Assembly: GCF_000027125.1 (NCBI RefSeq)
Contig: NC_017626.1
Length of the DNA: 64,000 bases
Reading direction: 5' to 3' (one strand)
From: Escherichia coli 042
GTDB taxonomy: Bacteria > Pseudomonadota > Gammaproteobacteria > Enterobacterales > Enterobacteriaceae
A program made the translations under genes and the position numbers. Below, one piece after another: positions 24,514 to 38,134 of the stretch. How positions within the stretch are numbered: position 1 is the stretch's first letter; each line of letters opens with the position of its first letter. The notes beneath the pieces are model-generated. The model was not told where the DNA came from and ran no database searches. It saw only the letters and a program-made list of their open reading frames with translations.

Positions 24514-25521
24514 TTAGAAGCATTTTTCTTTATAATACTTTAAATAATTAAAAATGCCTGCCATATAATGCTTTTGTTTAAATTTATGTTTTGCACAATA
24601 CCGATACTGATTGCTATTCACAGGTTTAAGTAAATCTTCTTTACACCACGGAGAAGCTGCTTTGGCGATCAAAAAACTACGTGACACCGGATAATCAGCC
24701 CACTCATGCCAGGGTTTTGTAGGTCCCACATAGTGTATAAACACGGTGTCATCATTGACTGGATTATCAACTTTGTCTTTTAATTCATAGTTAATACTAT
24801 ATCGGGTATTATATTTCCCCGAAATAAACTTCACTTTACCATTCAATAATACATTCAGTACATCTTGATCAAGGTGGGTGATTTTACTTACCCAATCTGG
24901 GTCACGCAACATTTCAATAGCTTTTGACGAAATGTTATTTAGATTCCACTCATCAATATTTATCAGCAAAAAACCAGCATTGAAATATCCAGAAGCTAAT
25001 TGTGGTGTAGTTAATACCGAGGCTCGATTCTGCCACCATTCAACATCTCTTTCAGCTACAACTGCGGCAATTTCATTAGTAGAGAATTGATAATCTAAGA
25101 GTTCTTTAATACTACCCTTGCAAGCAATATCTGCATCAAGGTATAGTATTTTTTCATGTTTATTATAGAAATAATCTGCAATTATAAATCGAAAATATGT
25201 AGCGTAAGTCCAGTTTTTCGTGCTTGGTAATGACTTCAGCTTATCACAATTGATAACATAAATATTAATTCTTGAATTATATTGTTTTGCTAAATCGGAA
25301 AAATATAACTTGTCTTTATCACTGATATAATCTGTGAAAACATGAAATTCACAAGAGATTTCGCTATTGTTTAATAGAATAGATGCGATGGCTACACCAC
25401 ATCCAAAAAGAAAATTTCTGTCAATACCAAATGCGATATCAAGAGTATTTTTAGATCTTATATTTTGATAATGAAAGTTATACTCAAAAAGGATGATGTC
25501 ACTATCATTGAGTTGAGACAT
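24514..25521 (-). CDS. waaI: Outer-core GT8-family glycosyltransferase (WaaI/WaaO-type)
   Basis: 335 aa GT8 sequence directly downstream of waaP. Confidence 0.7.
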   Translation of the reverse strand: MSQLNDSDIILFEYNFHYQNIRSKNTLDIAFGIDRNFLFGCGVAIASILLNNSEISCEFHVFTDYISDKDKLYFSDLAKQYNSRINIYVINCDKLKSLPSTKNWTYATYFRFIIADYFYNKHEKILYLDADIACKGSIKELLDYQFSTNEIAAVVAERDVEWWQNRASVLTTPQLASGYFNAGFLLINIDEWNLNNISSKAIEMLRDPDWVSKITHLDQDVLNVLLNGKVKFISGKYNTRYSINYELKDKVDNPVNDDTVFIHYVGPTKPWHEWADYPVSRSFLIAKAASPWCKEDLLKPVNSNQYRYCAKHKFKQKHYMAGIFNYLKYYKEKCF

Positions 25522-25563
25522 ATTTATTCTGTATCCAAAATTTTGGCAAAAATAAGTTACGGG

Positions 25564-26370
25564 TTACAACGATTTTCTAATCGTTCTTTCCCTGATTTTT
25601 GTGGCTTTTGCTTCTGCTTGCGACAGCAGTCCTTGTTCCTGCTTGAGAATGTCTTTAAGCGGGGCGGCAAAATACACTTTCATAAACCGCCAGATATCCC
25701 GCTGAGTCAGGCCAATATTCATCGAAGAAAAATAAAGCCCAATAAGATCTTTATCGCGCCAACGACGTGGAACGCGCGTGCGAAGCTGCGCCCGGTGCAG
25801 GTCAATTACCGAAATTTTTAACTCCTCTTCCTTACCGGAAAAAGGCAAGTGCAGCAGGAAATGACAGATATAACAGTCACGGTGGTTAATGCCCGCAGCA
25901 TGCATATCGCGCACCATCATCGCGACACGCTTAATAAGCATACGCTTTACGCGAACATCTGGAGGGTTAGTCGCCCAGTCAGCACAGTAATCTTCCAGAC
26001 TGATGGTTGGTGTCAGATCTTCGGTTATAATAAACGAGGTTCTGGTGAGCGGATTAATGCCTTTTTCGCCGAATGCCACCCCATACATAGTATCAACGCC
26101 GACATCCCGCAGTCGATGAATCGCATTCCATTCGCGGTCTGCGCCTAATACTGGCATCCGCAATGAGAGTAAATTTTTGATTATCTCTTTCAGGGTCGTG
26201 CCGCGATGCCATTTGAGAAAATAGCTTTTGCCCGCCATTTCAAAGCGCAGAGTACGGCGAGTTTCCAGTTCACGAAATACCTCACCCTGCAAAGTTTTAA
26301 CTTCCTCAAAAGGATCTTTTCCGCGCCATAACGTGGCAAACGGCTCTTTAAGTTCAACCATCCAGACCAC
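25564..26370 (-). CDS. waaP: LPS core heptose I kinase
   Basis: 268 aa, [21 protein letters not shown]... Confidence 0.9.
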   Translation of the reverse strand: MVWMVELKEPFATLWRGKDPFEEVKTLQGEVFRELETRRTLRFEMAGKSYFLKWHRGTTLKEIIKNLLSLRMPVLGADREWNAIHRLRDVGVDTMYGVAFGEKGINPLTRTSFIITEDLTPTISLEDYCADWATNPPDVRVKRMLIKRVAMMVRDMHAAGINHRDCYICHFLLHLPFSGKEEELKISVIDLHRAQLRTRVPRRWRDKDLIGLYFSSMNIGLTQRDIWRFMKVYFAAPLKDILKQEQGLLSQAEAKATKIRERTIRKSL

Positions 26371-27478
26371 CCGTTATGATATCCGCCGCTTTCTCTGGCA
26401 GACTGTATAAATCTTGTGTATCAGCATAATGTCGCGCATTTTCCGCCCAGGCCTGGCGCAATGAAGATTGCGTTAACGCTTTGCGTAAAATCTCATTCAA
26501 TGTTTCCTGGCGGAATGGCTCAGCAATAGCCTCGCCACAATTGGCCTCGACAATATAAGGCGCATAGCCACAAACGGCTGTTGTTAGTACCGGTAATCCT
26601 GCAGTAATCGCTTCCAGCAGCACAATTCCCGCCGCTTCCTGGTAGGCAGGATGCAGTAATAAATCCGCCGCCGCCATTAATTCCGAGACATCGTTGCGCC
26701 CCGAGAAGAAGTGAACATTACTGCGCACGCCGCGTTTTTCTGCCAGCGCCTCAAATTTTCGCGGTTTATCCTGCCCAACAACATATAGCAATGTGTTGTG
26801 GCGCAGCGAATCCGGTAACGAAGCAAGTGCTTCAATGGAACGATCGACACCTTTACGCGTGAAGTCTGAACCGACCTGCAACAATAAATATTGTTGTTCG
26901 GTTATTCCATTCTTCTTACGGAAGATTTCACGGCTATTGGCTGGCTGCTGGCTATATTTACGATCAGGATAAATCCCCGGTGGCAGAATATGAAAACGCT
27001 CCACTTCAGTCTGATAATGTTTCTGGAAATCGGCGATTTGCTTATCTGTCAGCATCAGCAGCTGTGTCGGCTTGCCCTGTTCGAAGGTTGCCCGCTCAAA
27101 GGCGGCATAATGGCGATAACGTGACGTCAGGCGATAGAAAAAGCCTTTTTCCTGCGCTACTTTCTCGGCATAACAAACATCAGCGGCATAATAAACGTCC
27201 AGCCCCGGCATTTTGTTGAATCCAACGACTTTATCGACGGGATGTTCGCGTAAATGTTTTTGCACCCAGGCAAAATACTCCGCATTGCGCCCGTGATTGG
27301 TATGCGATTTAACCGGCACTTTGATCAGTTCAAATACATCAGGGCATTCGCCTTCCCACGACTGGGCATAAACCCGAACATGATGACCTCGGGCGGCGAC
27401 TGTCTGAGCAATACGCATAAAATCGCGCTGCAAACCGCCAAAGGGAAAATATTTATATAAACAAAAAGCAACGATCAT
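26354..27478 (-). CDS. waaG: LPS glucosyltransferase I
   Basis: 374 aa GT4 sequence ([20 protein letters not shown]...). Confidence 0.92.
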   Translation of the reverse strand: MIVAFCLYKYFPFGGLQRDFMRIAQTVAARGHHVRVYAQSWEGECPDVFELIKVPVKSHTNHGRNAEYFAWVQKHLREHPVDKVVGFNKMPGLDVYYAADVCYAEKVAQEKGFFYRLTSRYRHYAAFERATFEQGKPTQLLMLTDKQIADFQKHYQTEVERFHILPPGIYPDRKYSQQPANSREIFRKKNGITEQQYLLLQVGSDFTRKGVDRSIEALASLPDSLRHNTLLYVVGQDKPRKFEALAEKRGVRSNVHFFSGRNDVSELMAAADLLLHPAYQEAAGIVLLEAITAGLPVLTTAVCGYAPYIVEANCGEAIAEPFRQETLNEILRKALTQSSLRQAWAENARHYADTQDLYSLPEKAADIITGGLDG

Positions 27479-28533
27479 AACGACGTACCTGTCGTGGAGG
27501 AGGGCAGTAATTTATCGACAGCAGCAATGACATCTGCCGCCGGAATAACCGAAAGATACATCTCATTTCGGTCACGCTGATCGCGCGTTGGCATTTCCCG
27601 GTAATCTCCCGCCCAGAATTGAATCATGTTATTTGACCAGGGACGCCAGAAAATATGGTCTGTCGCACCAAACAGCGATATCAGCGGCGTATTAACTGCA
27701 GCGGCAATATGCGCCGGTGCGGAATCAACGCCAATAAACAGCTGGGCATGATCGATTAACGCACCAAGTTCCGGGAAGGTCACCTTTCCAGCCAGCGCCG
27801 TTACTGGTGGCGTCTGGCATCCCTGCGCAATTTCATTGACGCAGACCAGATCGTCTTTATCTGGGCCGGACGTCAGAACGACTTCATAACCACGAGCATG
27901 TAAGGCATCAATCACAGCGGAAAACTTGGCGTTGTCCCAGCATTTGAAGATTTGCCGCGCCGTAGGTTGGATAACCACATAATTTTGTCCAACACCAGCG
28001 TGATCAAGTTCGCGACGCATACGTTTCCAGCTTGCAGGCGGGTAACTCATGGTTGTCTGCTTCACCAACGATTCAAGTCCCAATGGCGACAGCACGGATA
28101 AGTTACTTTCCACCACATTTCCCCCCTGCAACGGCACCAAATGAGTGAAACTATTACGCCAAAAAGCAGACTGCCGATGATGATAATCCTGGGAAATTTT
28201 CACACGGGCATTTAATAAGCGCACCAGTATAGCAACCATCCATTGATCGGTAAGATTAACGATAAGGTCATACTTATTGGCACGTAATACCTTGATGAGA
28301 TGAAAAAAGTTGGCAATTTTTTCTGCGGCTTTTGCTTTTTTATTTTTTATGCCGTAGAGCGCGTTAATCTCTGGATTTTCAGATAGGATCGGGATGGTGT
28401 CCTGATAAAGCAGCACATCGATTTTTGCGTCAGGGTAATTTTTTTTCAGCGAACTAATGACGGGAGTAGTTAATAACATATCCCCATGAAAACGCATCTT
28501 AATGAGCAAAATTCTTCGAAATGGCTTATCCAC
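27475..28533 (-). CDS. waaQ: LPS heptosyltransferase III
   Basis: 352 aa GT9 sequence; first gene of the waaQ operon. Confidence 0.9.
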   Translation of the reverse strand: MDKPFRRILLIKMRFHGDMLLTTPVISSLKKNYPDAKIDVLLYQDTIPILSENPEINALYGIKNKKAKAAEKIANFFHLIKVLRANKYDLIVNLTDQWMVAILVRLLNARVKISQDYHHRQSAFWRNSFTHLVPLQGGNVVESNLSVLSPLGLESLVKQTTMSYPPASWKRMRRELDHAGVGQNYVVIQPTARQIFKCWDNAKFSAVIDALHARGYEVVLTSGPDKDDLVCVNEIAQGCQTPPVTALAGKVTFPELGALIDHAQLFIGVDSAPAHIAAAVNTPLISLFGATDHIFWRPWSNNMIQFWAGDYREMPTRDQRDRNEMYLSVIPAADVIAAVDKLLPSSTTGTSL

Positions 28534-28582
28534 AAGTAACTCTTTTTGTTGAGATTATCCGATTAAGGTGAAGCAGAAAAAG

Positions 28583-28594
28583 CACGCTACCGCC
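28583..28594 (-). promoter_or_regulatory. ops element (GGCGGTAGCGTG) in the waaQ leader
   Basis: Plus strand reads CACGCTACCGCC, the exact reverse complement of the 12-nt ops RfaH-recruitment motif, about 50 bp upstream of the waaQ start. Confidence 0.8.
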
Positions 28595-28945
28595 CCAGGC
28601 TCAACAGCTACCTGAATACTGATACCGCACTGATATTGACGCGCTAGTGTATCACTTCTTTCGCGGCAATCCGACCCGAATGATTTTTAAGCACATTGTT
28701 GATTTTCAATAAAGAAATCAATCAAATAAAATCATTAGCAACTATATTCTTTTACTGTTGCTCTGCGATTCCTTCCTGCACGTACTGCAGAAATCAATGA
28801 ATCGCATAAAAATACAAAAAAAGTATAGATGTTCAGCAAGAATTGGCGGGTAAATTGCTATTTAAGTCAAAAACGGGAAAAGTAATGGTAAAGCCACAGC
28901 TAAATACATAGAATCCCCAGCACATCCATAAGTCAGCTATTTACT

Positions 28946-30710
<1,765 letters not shown>

Positions 30711-30717
30711 CGTTTAT

Positions 30718-30739
30718 GCCGGATGGTATGCCATCCGGC
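30718..30739. terminator. Hairpin between convergent coaD and mutM
   Basis: GCCGGATGG-TAT-GCCATCCGGC inverted repeat. Confidence 0.5.
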
Positions 30740-30748
30740 GCGCATCAA

Positions 30749-31558
30749 TTACTTCTGGCACTGCCGACAATAAAACGTTGCCCGCTGCGCATGTTTAGTC
30801 GCCACAATCGGCGTACCGCACACCCGACACGGCTCACCTTTTCGCCCGTAAACCTGCAATTCCTGAGCGAAATAGCCCGGTTTACCATCACTTTGCAGAA
30901 AATCTTTCAGAGTTGTACCGCCCTGCTCAATCGAACGCAGCAACACCGCTTTAATCACCCGAGCTAACAATTCACACTCTGCCAGCGACAGTGATGACGC
31001 CAGCCGATCCGGATGGATCCCCGCCGCAAACAGAGATTCGCTGGCATAGATATTCCCTACCCCTACCACCAGCTTGTTATCCATCAGCCACGGTTTAATC
31101 GCCGTTTTTTTCTTCGCGCACTTCTGATGCAGGTACTCACCGTTGAAATCGTCACTAAGCGGCTCCGGTCCAAGATGGGCCAGAACGTTGTGCCCTTCCA
31201 GCTCTTTGGTCCATAGCCAGGCACCAAAGCGGCGCGGATCGGTGTAGCGCAGCACTTTACCGTTGCTCATCACCAAATCCACATGGTCATGCTTTTCAGG
31301 GGGAAGTTCTTCTGGAAGGATGCGCAGACTGCCAGACATCCCCAAATGAATGATAATCCAGCCCTCAGGCAGCTCCAGCAGCAGATATTTAGCCCGCCGC
31401 TGCACGCTAAGCACTGGTTGGTCGCTTAAACGGTAGATCTCTTCTGAAACCGGCCAGCGCAAGCGTCCGTTGCGCACCACCGCATGAAGAATGGTTGCAC
31501 CAACGAGATGCGGTTCTATGCCGCGACGGCTGGTTTCAACTTCGGGTAATTCAGGCAT
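30749..31558 (-). CDS. mutM: Formamidopyrimidine-DNA glycosylase
   Basis: N-terminal MPELPEVE and C-terminal zinc finger CxxC...CxxC. Confidence 0.94.
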
Positions 31559-31655
31559 AGCATCTCCAGGAATGAACAGATGCAGTCAATATGGGGGCAG
31601 GCAGATAACAAAAAACCCCGCCGGGGCGAGGTTTTTCGTTACATCAAAGCAAAAA

Positions 31656-31826
<171 letters not shown>

Positions 31827-31843
31827 TTATTTCCTCTAAGTAC

Positions 31844-32101
<258 letters not shown>

Positions 32102-32296
32102 TTAGCTCGAGCTTCGTATGGGGTATTGGCGCCTCGTCAGGCTTTACAGCCCGGTCATCGCAGTTCTATGTGAACTCTCGATTGCCAGGCCCAAATGCCA
32201 AACCCGAGATTCTCAAAGGTGGCGTAGTATACGCTGACTCAGCGATGTGCTCAAGTCCCGAACAGACAAAGATCCCGAAGGATCGCGCATAGCGGG

Positions 32297-32971
32297 TTAA
32301 ATCCAGCCGCGTTCGGCAAAAGAAACATACTCTCCACGCCCAATCACGATATGGTCGAGCACGCGTAAATCCATGAACTGACAACTCTTTATTATCCGTT
32401 CAGTAATGAGTTTATCCGCTTTACTGGGTTCAGCACAACCCGAAGGGTGATTATGTGCAAGGATCAGCGCCGAGGCATTTATTTTTATCGCTTCGCGGAT
32501 AATTTCCCGAGGATGGACTTCAACATGGTTTAGCGTGCCGGAAAAAAGACGGCTATGCGTTATAACCCGGTGTTGTGAGTCGAGAAAGATCACCATAAAG
32601 ATCTCCCGCTCTTCACCCGTGAGCTGGCTTTGTAAAAATTCCCTCGTCATCTCCGGGCTGAGTAAAGGGCTTTCTTCACGCATCCGCACGTTGTAGTAAC
32701 GCCGCGCCAGTTCAGCAATCCCCTTTAACTGGGCAAATTTCGCCACGCCAATTCCATGAACGCCACTAAATTGTTCATATTCAGAGGTTAACAAGCCATA
32801 AAGAGAGCCGAAATTCTCCAGCATCTCTTTTGCCAGGGTTAATACATCTTTACCGCGCGTTCCGGTACGCAGAAATAGCGCCAGCAGCTCGACATCCGTT
32901 AAGGCGCTAATACCAAACTTCAGCATTTTTTCGCGCGGCATCAACAGCTGTGCATTGTTTTTCACCTTCAC
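32297..32971 (-). CDS. yicR: RadC-like JAB-domain protein
   Basis: 224 aa with JAMM-like HNHPSG motif; divergent from dfp. Confidence 0.9.
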
Positions 32972-33136
32972 CTCCTTTGTGGTGCTCGCATCCTGTCATA
33001 GCCGTTCCGTTAAATCGACGGCCAGTTTTCAATCCTGGAAAGCGCCTCGCAAAGTGATTCTCAGGTGAAGGCACGACAACAAAAGTATTGTGATAAAATC
33101 GCCAACTTCTGGTGTCACCCAACAGGAAAAATCATC

Positions 33137-34357
33137 ATGAGCCTGGCCGGTAAAAAAATCGTTCTCGGCGTCAGCGGCGGTATTGCTGCCTATAAAACCC
33201 CTGAACTGGTGCGTCGTTTGCGCGATCGCGGGGCCGACGTCCGCGTAGCCATGACCGAAGCGGCAAAAGCCTTTATCACCCCACTTAGCTTGCAGGCGGT
33301 TTCTGGTTATCCCGTTTCCGACAGTCTGCTGGACCCGGCAGCCGAAGCCGCTATGGGCCATATTGAGCTGGGTAAATGGGCTGATTTAGTGATTCTCGCC
33401 CCTGCCACGGCAGATTTGATTGCCCGTGTTGCTGCCGGAATGGCGAATGATCTGGTATCGACGATTTGTCTGGCCACACCTGCGCCTGTAGCCGTGCTCC
33501 CCGCCATGAACCAGCAGATGTACCGTGCCGCTGCCACGCAGCATAATTTAGAGGTGCTTGCTTCCCGTGGTTTGCTCATCTGGGGGCCAGACAGTGGCAG
33601 TCAGGCTTGTGGTGATATCGGCCCTGGGCGAATGCTCGATCCGTTAACCATTGTTGATATGGCGGTAGCGTATTTTTCGCCCGTCAACGACCTGAAACAT
33701 CTGAACATTATGATTACCGCCGGCCCGACGCGTGAACCGCTCGATCCGGTGCGTTATATCTCTAATCACAGCTCAGGCAAGATGGGTTTTGCTATCGCCG
33801 CCGCCGCTGCCCGTCGTGGCGCGAACGTCACGCTGGTATCAGGTCCGGTTTCACTACCGACGCCACCGTTTGTTAAACGTGTTGATGTGATGACTGCGCT
33901 GGAAATGGAAGCGGCCGTGAATGCTTCTGTACAGCAGCAAAATATTTTTATCGGTTGCGCCGCCGTGGCGGATTATCGCGCAGCTACCGTGGCCCCAGAG
34001 AAAATCAAAAAGCAGGCCACGCAGGGTGATGAATTAACAATAAAAATGGTTAAAAACCCCGATATCGTCGCAGGCGTTGCCGCACTAAAAGACCATCGAC
34101 CCTACGTCGTTGGATTTGCCGCCGAAACAAATAATGTGGAAGAATACGCCCGGCAAAAACGTATCCGTAAAAACCTTGATCTGATCTGCGCGAACGATGT
34201 TTCCCAGCCAACTCAAGGATTTAACAGCGACAACAACGCATTACACCTTTTCTGGCAGGACGGAGATAAAGTCTTACCGCTTGAGCGCAAAGAGCTCCTT
34301 GGCCAATTATTACTCGACGAGATCGTGACCCGTTATGATGAAAAAAATCGACGTTAA
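33137..34357 (+). CDS. dfp: Bifunctional phosphopantothenoylcysteine decarboxylase / synthetase
   Basis: 406 aa from [20 protein letters not shown]. Confidence 0.93.
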
Positions 34358-34793
34358 GATTCTGGACCCGCGCGTTGGGAAGGAATTTCCGCTCCCGACT
34401 TATGCCACCTCTGGCTCTGCCGGACTTGACCTGCGTGCCTGTCTCGACGACGCCGTAGAACTGGCTCCGGGTGACACTACGCTGGTTCCGACCGGGCTGG
34501 CGATTCATATTGCCGATCCTTCACTGGCGGCAATGATGCTGCCGCGCTCCGGATTGGGACATAAGCACGGTATCGTGCTTGGTAACCTGGTAGGATTGAT
34601 CGATTCTGACTATCAGGGCCAGTTGATGATTTCCGTGTGGAACCGTGGTCAGGACAGCTTCACCATTCAACCTGGCGAACGCATCGCCCAGATGATTTTT
34701 GTTCCGGTAGTACAGGCTGAATTTAATCTGGTGGAAGATTTCGACGCCACCGACCGCGGTGAAGGCGGCTTTGGTCACTCTGGTCGTCAGTAA
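34338..34793 (+). CDS. dut: dUTP diphosphatase
   Basis: 151 aa, [34 protein letters not shown]. Confidence 0.94.
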
Positions 34794-34899
34794 CACATAC
34801 GCATCCGAATAACGTCATAACATAGCCGCAAACATTTCGTTTGCGGTCATAGCGTGGGTGCCGCCTGGCAAGTGCTTATTTTCAGGGGTATTTTGTAAC

Positions 34900-35496
34900 A
34901 TGGCAGAAAAACAAACTGCGAAAAGGAACCGTCGCGAGGAAATACTTCAGTCTCTGGCGCTGATGCTGGAATCCAGCGATGGAAGCCAACGTATCACGAC
35001 GGCAAAACTGGCCGCCTCTGTCGGCGTTTCCGAAGCGGCACTGTATCGCCACTTCCCCAGTAAGACCCGCATGTTCGATAGCCTGATTGAGTTTATCGAA
35101 GATAGCCTGATTACTCGCATCAATCTGATTCTGAAAGATGAGAAGGACACCACAGCGCGCCTGCGTCTGATTGTGTTGCTGCTTCTCGGTTTTGGTGAGC
35201 GTAATCCTGGCCTGACCCGCATCCTCACTGGTCATGCACTAATGTTTGAACAGGATCGCCTGCAAGGGCGCATCAACCAGCTGTTCGAGCGTATTGAAGC
35301 GCAGTTGCGTCAGGTATTGCGCGAAAAGAGAATGCGTGAGGGTGAAGGTTACACCACCGATGAAACCCTGCTGGCAAGCCAGATCCTGGCCTTCTGTGAA
35401 GGTATGCTGTCACGCTTTGTCCGCAGCGAGTTTAAATACCGCCCGACGGATGATTTTGACGCCCGCTGGCCGCTAATTGCCGCACAGTTGCAGTAA
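34900..35496 (+). CDS. slmA: Nucleoid occlusion factor SlmA (TetR family)
   Basis: 198 aa from [24 protein letters not shown]; TetR-type HTH. Confidence 0.92.
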
Positions 35497-35502
35497 TATG
35501 AC

Positions 35503-35524
35503 GCCGGATGACTTTTCATCCGGC
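35503..35524. terminator. Hairpin between convergent slmA and pyrE
   Basis: GCCGGATGA-CTTT-TCATCCGGC. Confidence 0.5.
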
Positions 35525-35532
35525 GAGTTTCT

Positions 35533-36174
35533 TTAAACGCCGAACTCTTCGCGATAGGCCTTAACCGCCGCCAGATGTTCCGCCATTTCCGGCTTCTCTT
35601 CCAGGTAAGCAATCAGGTCTTTCAAGGTGATGATAGAGATCACTTTGCAGTTGTAATCACGCTCAACTTCCTGAATTGCCGAAATCTCGCCGCGCCCCCG
35701 TTCCTGACGATCGAGCGAAATCAATACGCCAGCAAGCGTCGCGCCATTGGCCTGAATAATTTCCATCGACTCGCGGATCGCCGTTCCGGCGGTGATCACA
35801 TCATCTACCAGCATTACGCGTCCTTGTAACGCGCTACCAACCAGATTGCCGCCTTCACCGTGGTCTTTTGCCTCTTTGCGGTTAAAGCAGTACGGCAGGT
35901 CAAGGTCATGATGCTCCGCCAGCGCCACGGCGGTAGTGGTCGCAATCGGGATCCCTTTGTAAGCAGGGCCAAACAGCAGATCGAACTCAATGCCGGAATC
36001 CACCAATGCTTCAGCGTAAAAACGGCCTAACAGTGCCAGATCGCGCCCGGTATTAAACAGCCCGGCGTTGAAGAAATAGGGGCTTTTGCGCCCGGACTTC
36101 AGCGTAAACTCGCCAAACTTTAACACCTGCTTGCTAAGCGCAAATTCAATAAACTGGCGCTGATATGGTTTCAT
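35533..36174 (-). CDS. pyrE: Orotate phosphoribosyltransferase
   Basis: 213 aa from [23 protein letters not shown]. Confidence 0.94.
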
Positions 36175-36204
36175 GCCTTCGCTCCTCATCTTACTTTTCT
36201 ACAG

Positions 36205-36235
36205 ACAAAAAAAAGGCGACTCATCAGTCGCCTTA
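36205..36235 (-). terminator. pyrE attenuator hairpin in the rph–pyrE intergenic region
   Basis: Minus-strand hairpin AAGGCGACTGATGAGTCGCCTT followed by T8; sits between the rph stop and the pyrE start. Confidence 0.75.
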
Positions 36236-36239
36236 AAAA

Positions 36240-36956
36240 TCAGTTTGCCAGCGCCGCCTTCTGCGTCGCTACAATGGATTCGATTCCCCCTCGGGCCAGC
36301 GCCAACAAGGTGAGCAGCTCTTCATGGGTGAACGGCTCGCCTTCTGCCGTCCCCTGCACTTCAATGATGCGCCCGTCTTCGGTCATCACTACGTTCATGT
36401 CGGTCTCTGCGGCTGAGTCTTCAACGTATTCCAGATCGCAAACCGCTTCGCCGTTCACAATCCCGACAGAAACTGCGGCTACCATCCCTTTCATCGGGTT
36501 GGTTTTCAGCTTGCCGTTTTCCACCAGCTTCTGTAGCGCATCTGCCAGCGCCACGCAGGCACCCGTAATCGACGCGGTACGAGTGCCACCATCAGCCTGA
36601 AGCACGTCGCAGTCCAGCGTAATGGTGAACTCACCCAGCGCTTTCAAATCTACTGCCGCACGAAGAGCACGGGCGATCAGACGCTGGATTTCCATGGTGC
36701 GTCCACCCTGCTTACCTTTCGCCGCTTCACGCGCGTTACGGGTGTGGGTAGAACGTGGCAGCATGCCGTACTCTGCGGTGATCCAGCCCTGGCCCTGACC
36801 TTTCAGGAAGCGCGGCACGCCTTCTTCAATAGAGGCGGTACACAATACTTTGGTATCGCCAAATTCGACCAGCACCGAGCCTTCTGCATGTTTTGTATAG
36901 TTACGAGTCAGGGTAACGGGACGCACCTGATTATTGCTACGGCCTGCTGGACGCAT
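36240..36956 (-). CDS. rph: Ribonuclease PH
   Basis: 238 aa from [20 protein letters not shown]; reading frame intact to the stop just before the pyrE attenuator. Confidence 0.93.
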   Translation of the reverse strand: MRPAGRSNNQVRPVTLTRNYTKHAEGSVLVEFGDTKVLCTASIEEGVPRFLKGQGQGWITAEYGMLPRSTHTRNAREAAKGKQGGRTMEIQRLIARALRAAVDLKALGEFTITLDCDVLQADGGTRTASITGACVALADALQKLVENGKLKTNPMKGMVAAVSVGIVNGEAVCDLEYVEDSAAETDMNVVMTEDGRIIEVQGTAEGEPFTHEELLTLLALARGGIESIVATQKAALAN

Positions 36957-37082
36957 ATTGAAATCTCCGGCTTGAAACAAATGTGGCTGCGCATTATACG
37001 GACTTCCGGCGGTTATTCCTATCCTGACAAGGCATCGATGGCTATAATCCTTCCACCTCTCCTTTTATAAACAGGAACGTCT

Positions 37083-37946
37083 ATGATCCGCAGTATGACC
37101 GCCTACGCCCGGCGTGAAATCAAGGGTGAATGGGGGAGCGCAACCTGGGAAATGCGCTCGGTAAACCAGCGTTATCTGGAAACTTACTTTCGTCTGCCGG
37201 AGCAGTTCCGTAGCCTTGAACCTGTCGTTCGCGAGCGTATTCGTTCTCGCCTGACGCGCGGTAAAGTGGAATGTACCCTGCGCTATGAGCCAGATGTTAG
37301 CGCGCAAGGTGAGCTGATCCTCAACGAAAAACTGGCTAAACAGCTGGTAACTGCCGCAAACTGGGTGAAAATGCAGAGTGACGAAGGGGAAATCAACCCG
37401 GTTGATATTCTCCGCTGGCCGGGGGTAATGGCAGCCCAGGAGCAGGATCTCGACGCGATTACCGCTGAAATTCTCGCGGCGCTGGATGGTACGCTGGACG
37501 ACTTTATCGTCGCACGCGAAACCGAAGGTCAGGCGCTGAAAGCATTGATCGAGCAGCGTCTGGAAGGCGTCACCGCCGAAGTGGTCAAAGTCCGCGCCCA
37601 TATGCCGGAAATCCTGCAATGGCAGCGTGAGCGTCTGGTCGCGAAGCTGGAAGATGCTCAGGTGCAACTGGAAAACAACCGTCTGGAGCAGGAGTTGGTT
37701 CTGCTGGCACAACGAATTGACGTTGCCGAAGAACTGGATCGCCTCGAAGCGCATGTCAAAGAGACCTACAACATTCTGAAGAAAAAAGAAGCGGTTGGTC
37801 GTCGTCTGGACTTTATGATGCAGGAGTTCAACCGCGAGTCGAACACTCTTGCGTCGAAATCTATCAATGCCGAAGTGACGAATTCTGCCATCGAGCTGAA
37901 AGTGTTGATTGAGCAGATGCGCGAGCAGATCCAGAATATCGAATAA
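37083..37946 (+). CDS. yicC: YicC-family protein
   Basis: 287 aa, MIRSMTAYARREIKGEWGSATWEMRSVNQRYLE... Confidence 0.92.
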   Translation: MIRSMTAYARREIKGEWGSATWEMRSVNQRYLETYFRLPEQFRSLEPVVRERIRSRLTRGKVECTLRYEPDVSAQGELILNEKLAKQLVTAANWVKMQSDEGEINPVDILRWPGVMAAQEQDLDAITAEILAALDGTLDDFIVARETEGQALKALIEQRLEGVTAEVVKVRAHMPEILQWQRERLVAKLEDAQVQLENNRLEQELVLLAQRIDVAEELDRLEAHVKETYNILKKKEAVGRRLDFMMQEFNRESNTLASKSINAEVTNSAIELKVLIEQMREQIQNIE

Positions 37947-37984
37947 GCTATCAATAAAAATCACCAAGCAGCAAAAAACCACAA

Positions 37985-38011
37985 AGCCCGCGAAATGTCG
38001 GGCTTTTTTGT
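37985..38011 (+). terminator. Rho-independent terminator of yicC
   Basis: AAGCCCG...CGGGCTT hairpin then TTTTTTG. Confidence 0.7.
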
Positions 38012-38053
38012 TATCATGAGCTATCATAACGACGCAACAAAGCGCACAATATG

Positions 38054-38077
38054 CGTGTACATAGAGGTGTACATAAT
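38054..38077. repeat. Left direct repeat (attL core)
   Basis: CGTGTACATAGAGGTGTACATAAT, 22 of 24 identical to the right repeat; itself a GTGTACATA tandem; more GTACA motifs follow at 38085–38108. Confidence 0.75.
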
Positions 38078-38134
38078 GACTTTCATGTACATTGCTTTAT
38101 GTACACACCCATATTCGATATTCAGGTATTCGCA

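Noticed and set aside
37065-38027. 320-aa minus-strand ORF antisense to yicC
   Set aside because: Shadow ORF across yicC; yicC has the expected N-terminus and a rho-independent terminator.
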